Both the position numbers and the translations under genes were made by a program. From Minisyncoccota bacterium (GTDB taxonomy: Bacteria; Patescibacteriota; Minisyncoccia; Phycocordibacterales; CAIRYW01): a DNA stretch of 38,295 nt. Numbering within the stretch: position 1 is the stretch's first letter; every line of letters starts with the position of its first letter. The stretch covers positions 1-38,295 of the forward strand of contig DATDXX010000041.1 of the NCBI GenBank assembly GCA_036517135.1, written 5' to 3'. The notes under the pieces were generated by a model. It had not been told where the DNA came from. It ran no database searches and saw nothing but the letters and a program-made list of their open reading frames with translations. Of the stretch, positions 9,426 through 16,774 are shown in pieces.

Positions 9426-9914
9426 ATGTCAATCGTTGGAGATATTTTTGATGAGTTGTGGAATAAAAGGTTCTACTATAAAGGTATACCTGTGAATTTT
9501 TTTGGAATCCCACGATTCAGAAGATATAATCATAATTCCTTAAAAACTACATTGAGCCAGCTAAAGCGGCACAGATTTATTGAAAAAGATGAGCGTGGCT
9601 GGTCCTTGACTCGTAGGGGCAGAGATCGTATGAAGACCGCGTATGTCTTTTTTAAAAAATTTGTATCGCCCTTTGAGAAAAATAGTCCACGAAATTTGCT
9701 GTTTATGTTTGATGTCCCCCATGAGAAAAGGCAGCATAGAGATTGGCTTCGTCGTCAGCTACGAGAATATGATTATATCATGGTCCAAAAGAGCGTTTGG
9801 GTAGGACCGTCGCCCCTGCCAGAGGAGTTTCGAGATTACATAAAAACAATCAAGATAAAGGGCTGCATAAAAACTTTTCGACTTGCTAAAGGTTATAACG
9901 GAGATAGGAGTTAA
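9426..9914 (+). CDS. winged-helix plus Cas2-like/PaaX-like fold protein (putative regulator)
   Basis: 162 aa. The segment SLKTTLSQLKRHRFIEKDERGWSLTRRG looks like a wHTH recognition helix plus wing. LLFMFDVPHEKRQHRDWLRRQLREYDYIMVQKSVWVG resembles the beta-alpha-beta core of Cas2/PaaX-type domains. The family assignment is an inference. Confidence 0.6.
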   Translation: MSIVGDIFDELWNKRFYYKGIPVNFFGIPRFRRYNHNSLKTTLSQLKRHRFIEKDERGWSLTRRGRDRMKTAYVFFKKFVSPFEKNSPRNLLFMFDVPHEKRQHRDWLRRQLREYDYIMVQKSVWVGPSPLPEEFRDYIKTIKIKGCIKTFRLAKGYNGDRS

Positions 9915-9921
9915 GATTTGG

Positions 9922-9935
9922 CACCATGGTGTAGA
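9922..9935 (+). repeat. right copy of the 14-bp direct repeat caccatggtgtaga
   Basis: Identical to 9374..9387. It starts 8 nt after the stop codon of the 9426..9914 gene, in the gap before the convergent uvrB stop. Confidence 0.6.
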
Positions 9936-9955
9936 TTATTAATATTATTTGAAGC

Positions 9956-12103
9956 TCAACTTCCTTTCTTTGTTTTCGGAGCAAATGAACCGATTGGAAC
10001 CCCTGATTTCTCTACCAGAGCTTGGATTTCGTCGCGGAGGATTGCTGCTGTCTCAAAGTCAAGCTCTTTGACAGCAGCGTTCATTTGCTTCCCCTTTTCT
10101 TTAATGAACTTCTGGGGATTCTTTTCAAACATTGCATTGTCTATCAAAAGTAAGTTGCTGATAGTTTTCTTGTGTTCGGATTGAATTGTTTCGGTAATGT
10201 CTTTGATAGCTTTCATTATCGTCTTTGGAGTAATGCCATGCTTTTCGTTGTATTCCATTTGGATTTTCCTACGGCGGTTCGTCTCACTTAGCGCATACTT
10301 AATGGACTTTGTCATATGGTCTGCATATAGAATCACCCTGCCTTCAATATTTCTTGCGGCTCGGCCGATGATTTGGATAAGGGATGTCTCGGAGCGAAGG
10401 AATCCTTCTTTGTCTGCATCCAAAATGCCGATGAGCGCTACTTCCGGCAGATCTAATCCTTCTCGAAGAAGATTGACTCCCACCATCACATCAAATTTGC
10501 CTTTGCGAAATTCCGTTAAAATTTGAATCCTATCTAGCGTCTGAATATCGCTATGCAGATACTCGGCTTTTATTTTCTTCTCCTTCAAGAATTCTGACAG
10601 ATCTTCTGCCATCTTCTTCGTAAGCGTCGTCGCTATCACACGAAATCCTGCCTTGATTGTTTTCTCTGCTTCCTCTATGAAATCTTTTATCTGCCCGGGA
10701 TATGCACTTGGAGGTTCAACCTCCTCTAGTGACTTGGAGGTTGAACCTCCAAGTGCAGTCACTGGCCTTACCACAATTACAGGGTCTATAAGCCCGGTCG
10801 GACGGATGACTTGCTCAACGATTTGCTCGCTATTTTCTCTTTCAAGTTTGGATGGCGTAGCTGATGTGTAAATTACTTGTCCTACTCGTTCTTCAAACTC
10901 CTCAAATTTAAGAGGTCTGTTGTCCTTCGCGCTCGGAAGACGAAAGCCGTACTCCACCAGATTCTGCTTGCGCGAGGCGTCACCAGCATACATACCGCCA
11001 ATTTGAGGCACTGTCACATGGGATTCGTCTATCACGGTCAGGAAGTCAACCGTGCCGTCCTTTTTCTTCGGAAAATACGAAAGCAAAGAATCCGGCGGCT
11101 CGCCTTCTGCCTTGCCTGAAAAATGCCTAGAATAATTCTCTATGCCGTTGCAATATCCTATCTCGCGGATAAGAGCCAAATCATAATTCGTCCGCCGCTT
11201 GAGGCGCTCCGCCTCAAGCGGCTTGTTTTCTTTCTCTAATTCTTTTAGCCGATTCTTAAGCTCTTCTTTGATGCTCTGTATCGCTTTATTCTTTGCTTCC
11301 TCATCTGTAATAAAATGCTTCGCGGGGAAAAGGAAAAGGACTTTCATTTTTTCCAGAATTTCTCGCGTCACCGCATCTACTTTCTGGATTTTCTCTATCT
11401 TGTCTCCCTTGAAATCAATTTTATAAATTACTCTCTCTGAAACCGGCATTATCTCTACAGTATTACCGAGCGCGCGGAATTGCCCAGGGCTCAAATCAGT
11501 CGTTGTGCGCTCAAAATGAATACCTACAAATTTGCGCGCCAAATCATTTCTCGCGACATTTTGTCCTACTTCAATTCGCAGATTCACTTTCTCGTACTCT
11601 ACAGGAGAGCCCAAGCCATAAATACAAGACACAGATGCGACGATAATCACATCATTGCGCGTCAGAAGCGCTTGCGTAGAAGCATGGCGCAAGCGCTCGA
11701 TTTCTTCATTTATCATTGCTTCCTTTTCTATGTATGTATCGCTGTGCGCGATATATGCCTCCGGCTGGTAATAATCGTAATACGAGACGAAATAATGCAC
11801 AGCGTTCTCCGGGAAAAATTCGCGATACTCCTGCGCCAATTGCGCAGCCAAGGTCTTATTGTGCGCTATCACAAGAGTGGGCTTGCCGATATTTTTTATT
11901 ACATTGGCGATTGTAAATGTCTTGCCGCTTCCTGTCACACCAAGAAGCGTCTGCTTTCGCATCCCTTTTCTGACACCTTCCGTCAGCGCCTCTATCGCCT
12001 TCGGCTGGTCGCCCGCCGGCTTGAATTCACTTTTTAGCTTGAACTGTTTCAGTTTTTGGCCCATTGAACCACTCATTTTAACATAAAAATAGCGTCCTGC
12101 CAT
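9956..12103 (-). CDS. uvrB: excinuclease ABC subunit B (with a 20-aa in-frame insertion)
   Basis: 715 aa with helicase motifs GVTGSGKT, DESH and TSATP, the block QIIGRAARN, and a C-terminal UVR motif (ELDFETAAILRDEIQAL). Confidence 0.97.
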   Translation of the reverse strand: MAGRYFYVKMSGSMGQKLKQFKLKSEFKPAGDQPKAIEALTEGVRKGMRKQTLLGVTGSGKTFTIANVIKNIGKPTLVIAHNKTLAAQLAQEYREFFPENAVHYFVSYYDYYQPEAYIAHSDTYIEKEAMINEEIERLRHASTQALLTRNDVIIVASVSCIYGLGSPVEYEKVNLRIEVGQNVARNDLARKFVGIHFERTTTDLSPGQFRALGNTVEIMPVSERVIYKIDFKGDKIEKIQKVDAVTREILEKMKVLFLFPAKHFITDEEAKNKAIQSIKEELKNRLKELEKENKPLEAERLKRRTNYDLALIREIGYCNGIENYSRHFSGKAEGEPPDSLLSYFPKKKDGTVDFLTVIDESHVTVPQIGGMYAGDASRKQNLVEYGFRLPSAKDNRPLKFEEFEERVGQVIYTSATPSKLERENSEQIVEQVIRPTGLIDPVIVVRPVTALGGSTSKSLEEVEPPSAYPGQIKDFIEEAEKTIKAGFRVIATTLTKKMAEDLSEFLKEKKIKAEYLHSDIQTLDRIQILTEFRKGKFDVMVGVNLLREGLDLPEVALIGILDADKEGFLRSETSLIQIIGRAARNIEGRVILYADHMTKSIKYALSETNRRRKIQMEYNEKHGITPKTIMKAIKDITETIQSEHKKTISNLLLIDNAMFEKNPQKFIKEKGKQMNAAVKELDFETAAILRDEIQALVEKSGVPIGSFAPKTKKGS
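10704..10756. repeat. 53-bp nested palindrome inside uvrB (21-bp perfect inverted arms, 11-nt spacer)
   Basis: gcacttggaggttcaacctcc-tctagtgactt-ggaggttgaacctccaagtgc. Each arm is itself nearly palindromic (ggaggtt-c/g-aacctcc). The element translates in frame as ALGGSTSKSLEEVEPPSA. Confidence 0.9.
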
Positions 12104-12124
12104 AGGCGCGGACGCTTGAAAGAG

Positions 12125-12298
12125 CTATTTTTTCTTTTCCGGCATTTCTGCCTCGAGCGTGATGCTGATACCTAATGTAGGTGTAATCTTTTCAAAAGAC
12201 ACACCTGGAAATTCTTTTGATATCCATTGCAGAAGTTGCAGCAGATTCCAATCTTTTTCCTTCACATCACAGTAGTAGATGGTGATTTTCTTTTTCAT
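12125..12298 (-). CDS. hypothetical protein (57 aa), translationally coupled to the upstream ORF
   Basis: ATG at 12298-12296 overlaps the TGA of the 12295..12714 ORF (ATGA). Sequence MKKKITIYYCDVKEKDWNLLQLLQWISKEFPGVSFEKITPTLGISITLEAEMPEKKK. It ends 21 nt before the uvrB start. Confidence 0.5.
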   Translation of the reverse strand: MKKKITIYYCDVKEKDWNLLQLLQWISKEFPGVSFEKITPTLGISITLEAEMPEKKK

Positions 12299-12714
12299 AA
12301 GCACTGAACTACGAGGATTGGACCATCCCATCCAAGATAGACTTTCTCGGCGTCGTATTCCGCATGCCAAGGGAAGAAAAAGTGCTCCACTAATAAGATA
12401 AGGGTCTTGAGACAAAGCTGGGAGACAACTCGTACCTCAAAGTAATGTTTGGGATTGCCGTTGTGAAGCAATACCTCATCATCTCGTGAGATATCGGGAA
12501 AATGATATCCGTTTTGTCGCAGAGCAATGCCAAATCCAAGATCAGTCGGATAAATGGCAATGTCATTTTCATCTTTTCCGTGTGTTCCAGCATCTTGTAG
12601 CAAAGCACCAAGAGTACGCGTGTGTTTTTGCATAAAGAACAATTCTAGTGTTTGGTCGAAGCTATAACAAAACGAGCCCCAAAGTTTTGCTTGAGAGCTC
12701 GTTTTTGGTGTCAA
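12295..12714 (-). CDS. hypothetical protein (139 aa from TTG, or 112 aa from ATG at 12633)
   Basis: This is the longest ORF in the 12.1-12.7 kb gap. I recognised no family motif. The 12714 start is TTG, and the first ATG is at 12633. Confidence 0.55.
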   Translation of the reverse strand: MTPKTSSQAKLWGSFCYSFDQTLELFFMQKHTRTLGALLQDAGTHGKDENDIAIYPTDLGFGIALRQNGYHFPDISRDDEVLLHNGNPKHYFEVRVVSQLCLKTLILLVEHFFFPWHAEYDAEKVYLGWDGPILVVQCL

Positions 12715-12802
12715 TTATAAGTAGTTAACAACAAAGACCAGATCTCAAGCAATGAGAATCTTTTGAAAGGGTCTTAATTGTCGACATAAACGTCATGAGG
12801 CA

Positions 12803-12811
12803 ATTATAGCA
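12803..12811 (-). promoter_or_regulatory. extended -10 promoter element TGCTATAAT (minus strand)
   Basis: Plus-strand attatagca reads TGcTATAAT on the minus strand, about 90 nt upstream of the 12714 ORF that heads the small-gene/uvrB string. Confidence 0.45.
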
Positions 12812-12849
12812 TAGTAAATTATTTTACAATCAAAAATGTGAATATCTAC

Positions 12850-12882
12850 AAAAAGCAGTGTTTTGCATATGCAAAACACTGC
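12850..12882 (-). terminator. rho-independent terminator (28-nt perfect palindrome plus T5)
   Basis: gcagtgttttgcat|atgcaaaacactgc, followed on the minus strand by TTTTT. It lies 18 nt after the stop of the 12900..13193 ORF. Confidence 0.7.
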
Positions 12883-12899
12883 GACAAACCTTTCAGCTA

Positions 12900-13193
12900 T
12901 CAGCTTGAAGGAAGTGAATCCCGACGCACCTTCTTTGCGTCGCAAAGAGAATCTTTACGCACTTTTTCCGCGACGGGAGGAGAATACCATCTCCCTGTCT
13001 TTTCAACGAAGACAACAACTTCCCAGCTGCGATGCTCGTTGAGACGAGCAAATCCATATTCCCCGTCCTTTGGTTTTTCGGTTGACTCTTCGTCCTGTGG
13101 TTTTTCGATGGGTTTTTCGTCGCCCATCGAGCGATAGACGCTCTTGCTGTCAAATGACCGGATAGTGTTCATGGTGGTGTGAGGTTTGTTCAA
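12900..13193 (-). CDS. hypothetical acidic/lysine-rich small protein with EKP repeats and a duplicated KVR(K/R)DSL tail
   Basis: 97 aa from TTG, or 90 aa from the ATG at 13172. It has its own terminator. The plus strand carries GGTTTTTCG three times, encoding EKP. ORFs overlap on both strands here, so coding is not certain. Confidence 0.4.
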   Translation of the reverse strand: MNKPHTTMNTIRSFDSKSVYRSMGDEKPIEKPQDEESTEKPKDGEYGFARLNEHRSWEVVVFVEKTGRWYSPPVAEKVRKDSLCDAKKVRRDSLPSS

Positions 13194-13368
13194 AGAACAC
13201 TTTTGTCTTGTTAGACAAAATCGGCCCTCCGGTGTGAGGGCTCGTGTCTTCTGCTATTCACTAAAGCAAGAGATACCAACCCTAACACCCACCTCCAGAG
13301 TGTGTGATACAAAGTGCCACTGCCGTGAATTTCCAGATTTTCATTGTGTGCTTATTGTATCATACTTT

Positions 13369-14595
13369 TTACTTCATGCCATAATACTCCGTCAAAAATC
13401 GCTTCTTGTATGCCTCAAAATCGCCGGAAAGTATTGATTTCCTTATGTTTTTGAGCATTTGGACAATAAAATACACATTGTGAATAGACGCCAATGTGTT
13501 TGCCAAAATCTCTTTGGAATAAAAAAGGTGCGATAAATACGCTTTTGTGAAATTCTTACAAGTGTAGCATTCGCACCCGGCATCAACCGGCGAAAAATCC
13601 TCTCTGTATTTTGCATTGTAAATATTTATCCTGCCATCCTTGGTACAAAGCGCGCCGTTTCTGGCATTCCTTGTCGGCGCCACGCAATCAAAAAGATCAC
13701 AGCCGTTCTCCACCCCTGCAAAAATATCCGACGGCTCCCCGATGCCGAAAAGATGCCTCGGCTTATCTTCCGGCAGAATTTCATTGACCCATCGTACAGC
13801 TGTGCCAATATCCTCTTTTGAGAATGAACCGCCAATGCCGAATCCGTCAAACGGAAGCGATGCAATTTCCTTTGCCGCAATTTTCCTCAAATCCTCATAC
13901 TTGCCTCCCTGCACCACTCCGAATAAAGCTTGATTTTCTGCATTCGGTTTTGATTTATGGTAATCAATACAGCGTTTCGCCCATTTGTGCGTTCTTTCTA
14001 GCGCTTCCTTTTGGTACTCATAGCTCGCATGGGGCGATGTGCACTCGTCGAAAGCGAAAATAATGTCCGCGCCGAGATTGTGCTGTATCTCTATTGATTT
14101 CTCCGGCGTCAAATATTCATTATGCCCATCTATGTATGATTTGAAATATACTCCGTCATCCGTGATTTTCGCCACCGGCTCCGGCCTTTCTTTGTCAGCA
14201 ATATTTTCTTTTTGCTCTTCTAAAATTTCCTTGTGCGAAGTAATTTTGGTAATGCCTTTACCGAACGCTTCCCCAAGAGAGAACACCTGGAATCCTCCGG
14301 AATCCGTCATCATAGGCCCCTGCCAGCCGGCAAATTTGTGAAGCCCTCCTGCTTTCCTTATGACCTCGCTTCCGGGACGCAAGTGGAGGTGATAAGTATT
14401 TGCAAGCATCACTTCGACGCTTATCGCCTTTAGCTCTTCGGGGGTAATGGCTTTGACCGTCGCCTTGGTGCCCACTACTGCAAAAGCGGGCGTCTCTATG
14501 TTGCCGTGCGGGGTGTGGACGATGCCGGCGCGCAGCAATTTATTTTCCTTGGCGCCAGCTTTTTTCTCAATCGTAAATTTTATCGGAGAATCCAT
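13369..14595 (-). CDS. tgt: queuine/preQ1 tRNA-ribosyltransferase (tRNA-guanine transglycosylase)
   Basis: 408 aa with MLANTYHL, DSGGFQV, LFGVVQGG and the zinc site CxCxxC...H (CECYTCKNFTKAYLSHL). Confidence 0.95.
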   Translation of the reverse strand: MDSPIKFTIEKKAGAKENKLLRAGIVHTPHGNIETPAFAVVGTKATVKAITPEELKAISVEVMLANTYHLHLRPGSEVIRKAGGLHKFAGWQGPMMTDSGGFQVFSLGEAFGKGITKITSHKEILEEQKENIADKERPEPVAKITDDGVYFKSYIDGHNEYLTPEKSIEIQHNLGADIIFAFDECTSPHASYEYQKEALERTHKWAKRCIDYHKSKPNAENQALFGVVQGGKYEDLRKIAAKEIASLPFDGFGIGGSFSKEDIGTAVRWVNEILPEDKPRHLFGIGEPSDIFAGVENGCDLFDCVAPTRNARNGALCTKDGRINIYNAKYREDFSPVDAGCECYTCKNFTKAYLSHLFYSKEILANTLASIHNVYFIVQMLKNIRKSILSGDFEAYKKRFLTEYYGMK

Positions 14596-15081
14596 TTACG
14601 CCCGCGAGTAAATCTCTAACGCTTCAATTTCAAAAATTAAAGTGCTATTCGGAGGGATCGCGAATCCGCCTCGCCCATCAGGCACCGCTCTATCGCCATA
14701 ACCCATAGCGGGCGGGATCGTAAGTTTTCTTTTTTCGCCAATTTTTATACCGAGAAGTCCTTCTTCCCATCCCTGTATAACTTGCCCCTCGCCGATAGTC
14801 ACTGGAAACGGCTTGCCTCTTTTGTATGAATTATCAAACTCACTTCCATCAGAAAGAGTTCCTATATAATTCACCAGGACCTCGTCGCCTAACTTGGCTC
14901 CGATTCCTGTCCCTTGCTTTTTTATTTCTATTTTTATGTCGTTTGCCACAATATCTTTTTTAGCGCTACTAAAATATGCATATCCGTAAATAAGTAAAAC
15001 CACAATTCCTGCGGTCGCGAGAATTGTCATAATAACACTGAGGTAATTGCCTAATGTTGGTTCGGATGTCATAAAAAACAT
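14596..15081 (-). CDS. membrane-anchored FKBP-type peptidyl-prolyl cis-trans isomerase
   Basis: 161 aa with an N-terminal TM helix, then the FKBP core VNYIGTLSDGSEFDNSY...VIQGWEEGLLGIKIGEKRKLTIPP..GYG. Its stop abuts the tgt start. Confidence 0.9.
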   Translation of the reverse strand: MFFMTSEPTLGNYLSVIMTILATAGIVVLLIYGYAYFSSAKKDIVANDIKIEIKKQGTGIGAKLGDEVLVNYIGTLSDGSEFDNSYKRGKPFPVTIGEGQVIQGWEEGLLGIKIGEKRKLTIPPAMGYGDRAVPDGRGGFAIPPNSTLIFEIEALEIYSRA

Positions 15082-15097
15082 TGTAGCACGAAATAAA

Positions 15098-15207
15098 TTT
15101 ATCCAGCACCAATTTTGTAGAACAAGATAAAGTTGATATCTGTAAGTATGAAATAAATATCACAAAAATCTCAGCGTATCTATTCGGTGAAATTGGTGCT
15201 GGATAAA
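15098..15207 (+). repeat. 110-bp element with perfect 18-bp terminal inverted repeats (copy A), MITE-like
   Basis: The arms are tttatccagcaccaattt (15098-15115) and aaattggtgctggataaa (15190-15207). The interior aligns with copy B at 35677..35787 (for example aaagttgatatctgtaagtatgaaataaatat against aaagtggatacctagaaatgtgaaataaacat). Confidence 0.8.
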
Positions 15208-15236
15208 AAAAGTCCGTCACTTCATAGTGGCGGACT
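15204..15236 (-). terminator. rho-independent terminator of trpE
   Basis: The minus-strand RNA reads agtccgccac-tatgaa-gtgacggact followed by T7. The stem overlaps the TAG stop of trpE. Confidence 0.8.
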
Positions 15237-16731
15237 ATACTTCCATCAACTGGGTCCTAGCTATTGCCAAGATCATTGCGCGTGCTTTTTTGATACATTC
15301 TTCGTATTCGTTTTCTGGCACAGAATCAGCGACGATTCCGGCTCCTGCCTGCACATACGCAGTCCCGTTCTTAAGAACAACAGTGCGAAGCGCAATGCAA
15401 GAATCCATATTACCGTCGAATCCGAAATAGCCGACAGCACCAGAGTAAGCACCTCGCTTGTTGCCCTCAAAATCTCGGATAATCTGCATTGCCCGAATTT
15501 TTGGAGCGCCGGATACAGTGCCTGCCGGAAATGACAGACGCATGACATCGTAGGCATCGAACTCCGGTCGGAGCTTTGCCACTACATTTGAGACGATGTG
15601 CATAACCCGGCTGAAACGCTCAATCTCAAACATTTGGGTAACTTTGACAGAACCGAATTCAGCTATCCTGCCAATGTCATTGCGAGCCAAGTCAACAAGC
15701 ATGACGTGTTCAGCGCGTTCTTTCGGATCGGCTAGAAGTTCCCGCTCGAGATTCAGATCTTCTTCCGGGGTTCTTCCTCTCCCTCGCGTTCCCGCGATGG
15801 GACGAATGTTTACCCGTCCATTGATAGCTTTCACGTTTACTTCCGGAGAGCTACCGACAAGCGACAACTCATTCCCAAATTCAATACAAAACATGTAGGG
15901 AGATGGATTCTCCATCCACAAGGAACGGTAAAGTTCCAACGGGTCTCTTGTATACGGAGTTGAGAGCCTTTGAGAGAGAACTACCTGGAAAATGTCACCG
16001 GCATTTATGAACTCTTTTACACGAGCGACCATTTCACAGAAGCGCTCTTTGGTTGTGTTGCTATTGATCTGAATTTCCGGAGCATTGGAAGCCAAATCGA
16101 TCATCGGCAAGTAAGTCGGTGCGCCTAGGAAAAAGCGTGTCTGATCGATCTTTTCGTAAGCATTAGCATATGCCTCTTCTGCATTTCCGTTCCTGATACA
16201 GGAATTGTAAATGATATGAAGGCGTCTGGTCAGATGATCAAACACAATCACCTCCTTTGCGATCATGTAGATCATCTCGGGAATATTGAGTTCGTCTTTT
16301 TCCGCGGCCTCAAGCATTGTTGGCTCGAAAAACCTCACCACATCGTAGCCCATGTAGCCGACTGCTCCGCCAGAAAATTCCGGTAGTCCCGGAACTGACA
16401 CATAATTGAATTGTGCCATAAATGCCTTAAGCTCGTCGAGCGGCGTTCTTTCTGTTTGAAACGTTCGGGTGCGGCCGTTTTCTGTGATAGTTATCGTTCG
16501 ACCATTGCTGCGGAAAATCGCATACGGCGATCTTCCGACAAAGGAGTATCGTCCGATCTGCCCAGTCCTTTCGGCTGATTCAAGAAGAAATGAATATCCT
16601 CCCTTTAGGCGCAGATTGCTGTATGCTGTAATAGGGGTCACGGCATCCATGCTGACGATGGTAGAGACTGATATCAGATTGCCTTGTTTTGCTAGTTCGA
16701 AGAATTGCTCACGTGTCGGGATAGTGTTCAT
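15235..16731 (-). CDS. trpE: anthranilate synthase component I (chorismate-utilising MST family)
   Basis: 498 aa. It has the N-terminal Trp-feedback-type motif SFLLESAE...GRYSF and C-terminal chorismate-binding blocks (GTRGRG, FPAGTVSGAPK, RGAYSGAVGY, IALRT). PabB or another MST enzyme cannot be excluded by eye. Confidence 0.8.
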   Translation of the reverse strand: MNTIPTREQFFELAKQGNLISVSTIVSMDAVTPITAYSNLRLKGGYSFLLESAERTGQIGRYSFVGRSPYAIFRSNGRTITITENGRTRTFQTERTPLDELKAFMAQFNYVSVPGLPEFSGGAVGYMGYDVVRFFEPTMLEAAEKDELNIPEMIYMIAKEVIVFDHLTRRLHIIYNSCIRNGNAEEAYANAYEKIDQTRFFLGAPTYLPMIDLASNAPEIQINSNTTKERFCEMVARVKEFINAGDIFQVVLSQRLSTPYTRDPLELYRSLWMENPSPYMFCIEFGNELSLVGSSPEVNVKAINGRVNIRPIAGTRGRGRTPEEDLNLERELLADPKERAEHVMLVDLARNDIGRIAEFGSVKVTQMFEIERFSRVMHIVSNVVAKLRPEFDAYDVMRLSFPAGTVSGAPKIRAMQIIRDFEGNKRGAYSGAVGYFGFDGNMDSCIALRTVVLKNGTAYVQAGAGIVADSVPENEYEECIKKARAMILAIARTQLMEV

Positions 16732-16774
16732 GTTGTATAGGCTGGTTTGTTGATGTTAAAGATCATTGCGGTTT

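Noticed and set aside
9426-9914. Cas2-like core as evidence of a CRISPR-Cas locus
   Set aside because: I found no direct-repeat/spacer array, cas1 or effector gene anywhere in the window. The domain resemblance is short and also fits PaaX-type regulators.
12838-13193. Overlapping ORFs on both strands, suggesting another structured ncRNA such as tmRNA, SRP RNA or 6S RNA
   Set aside because: No tRNA-like end, SRP domain IV motif or 6S-type long imperfect hairpin is visible. The minus-strand ORF has a protein-like repeat structure (EKP repeats, duplicated KVRxDSL) and its own terminator. I therefore kept it as a low-confidence CDS.
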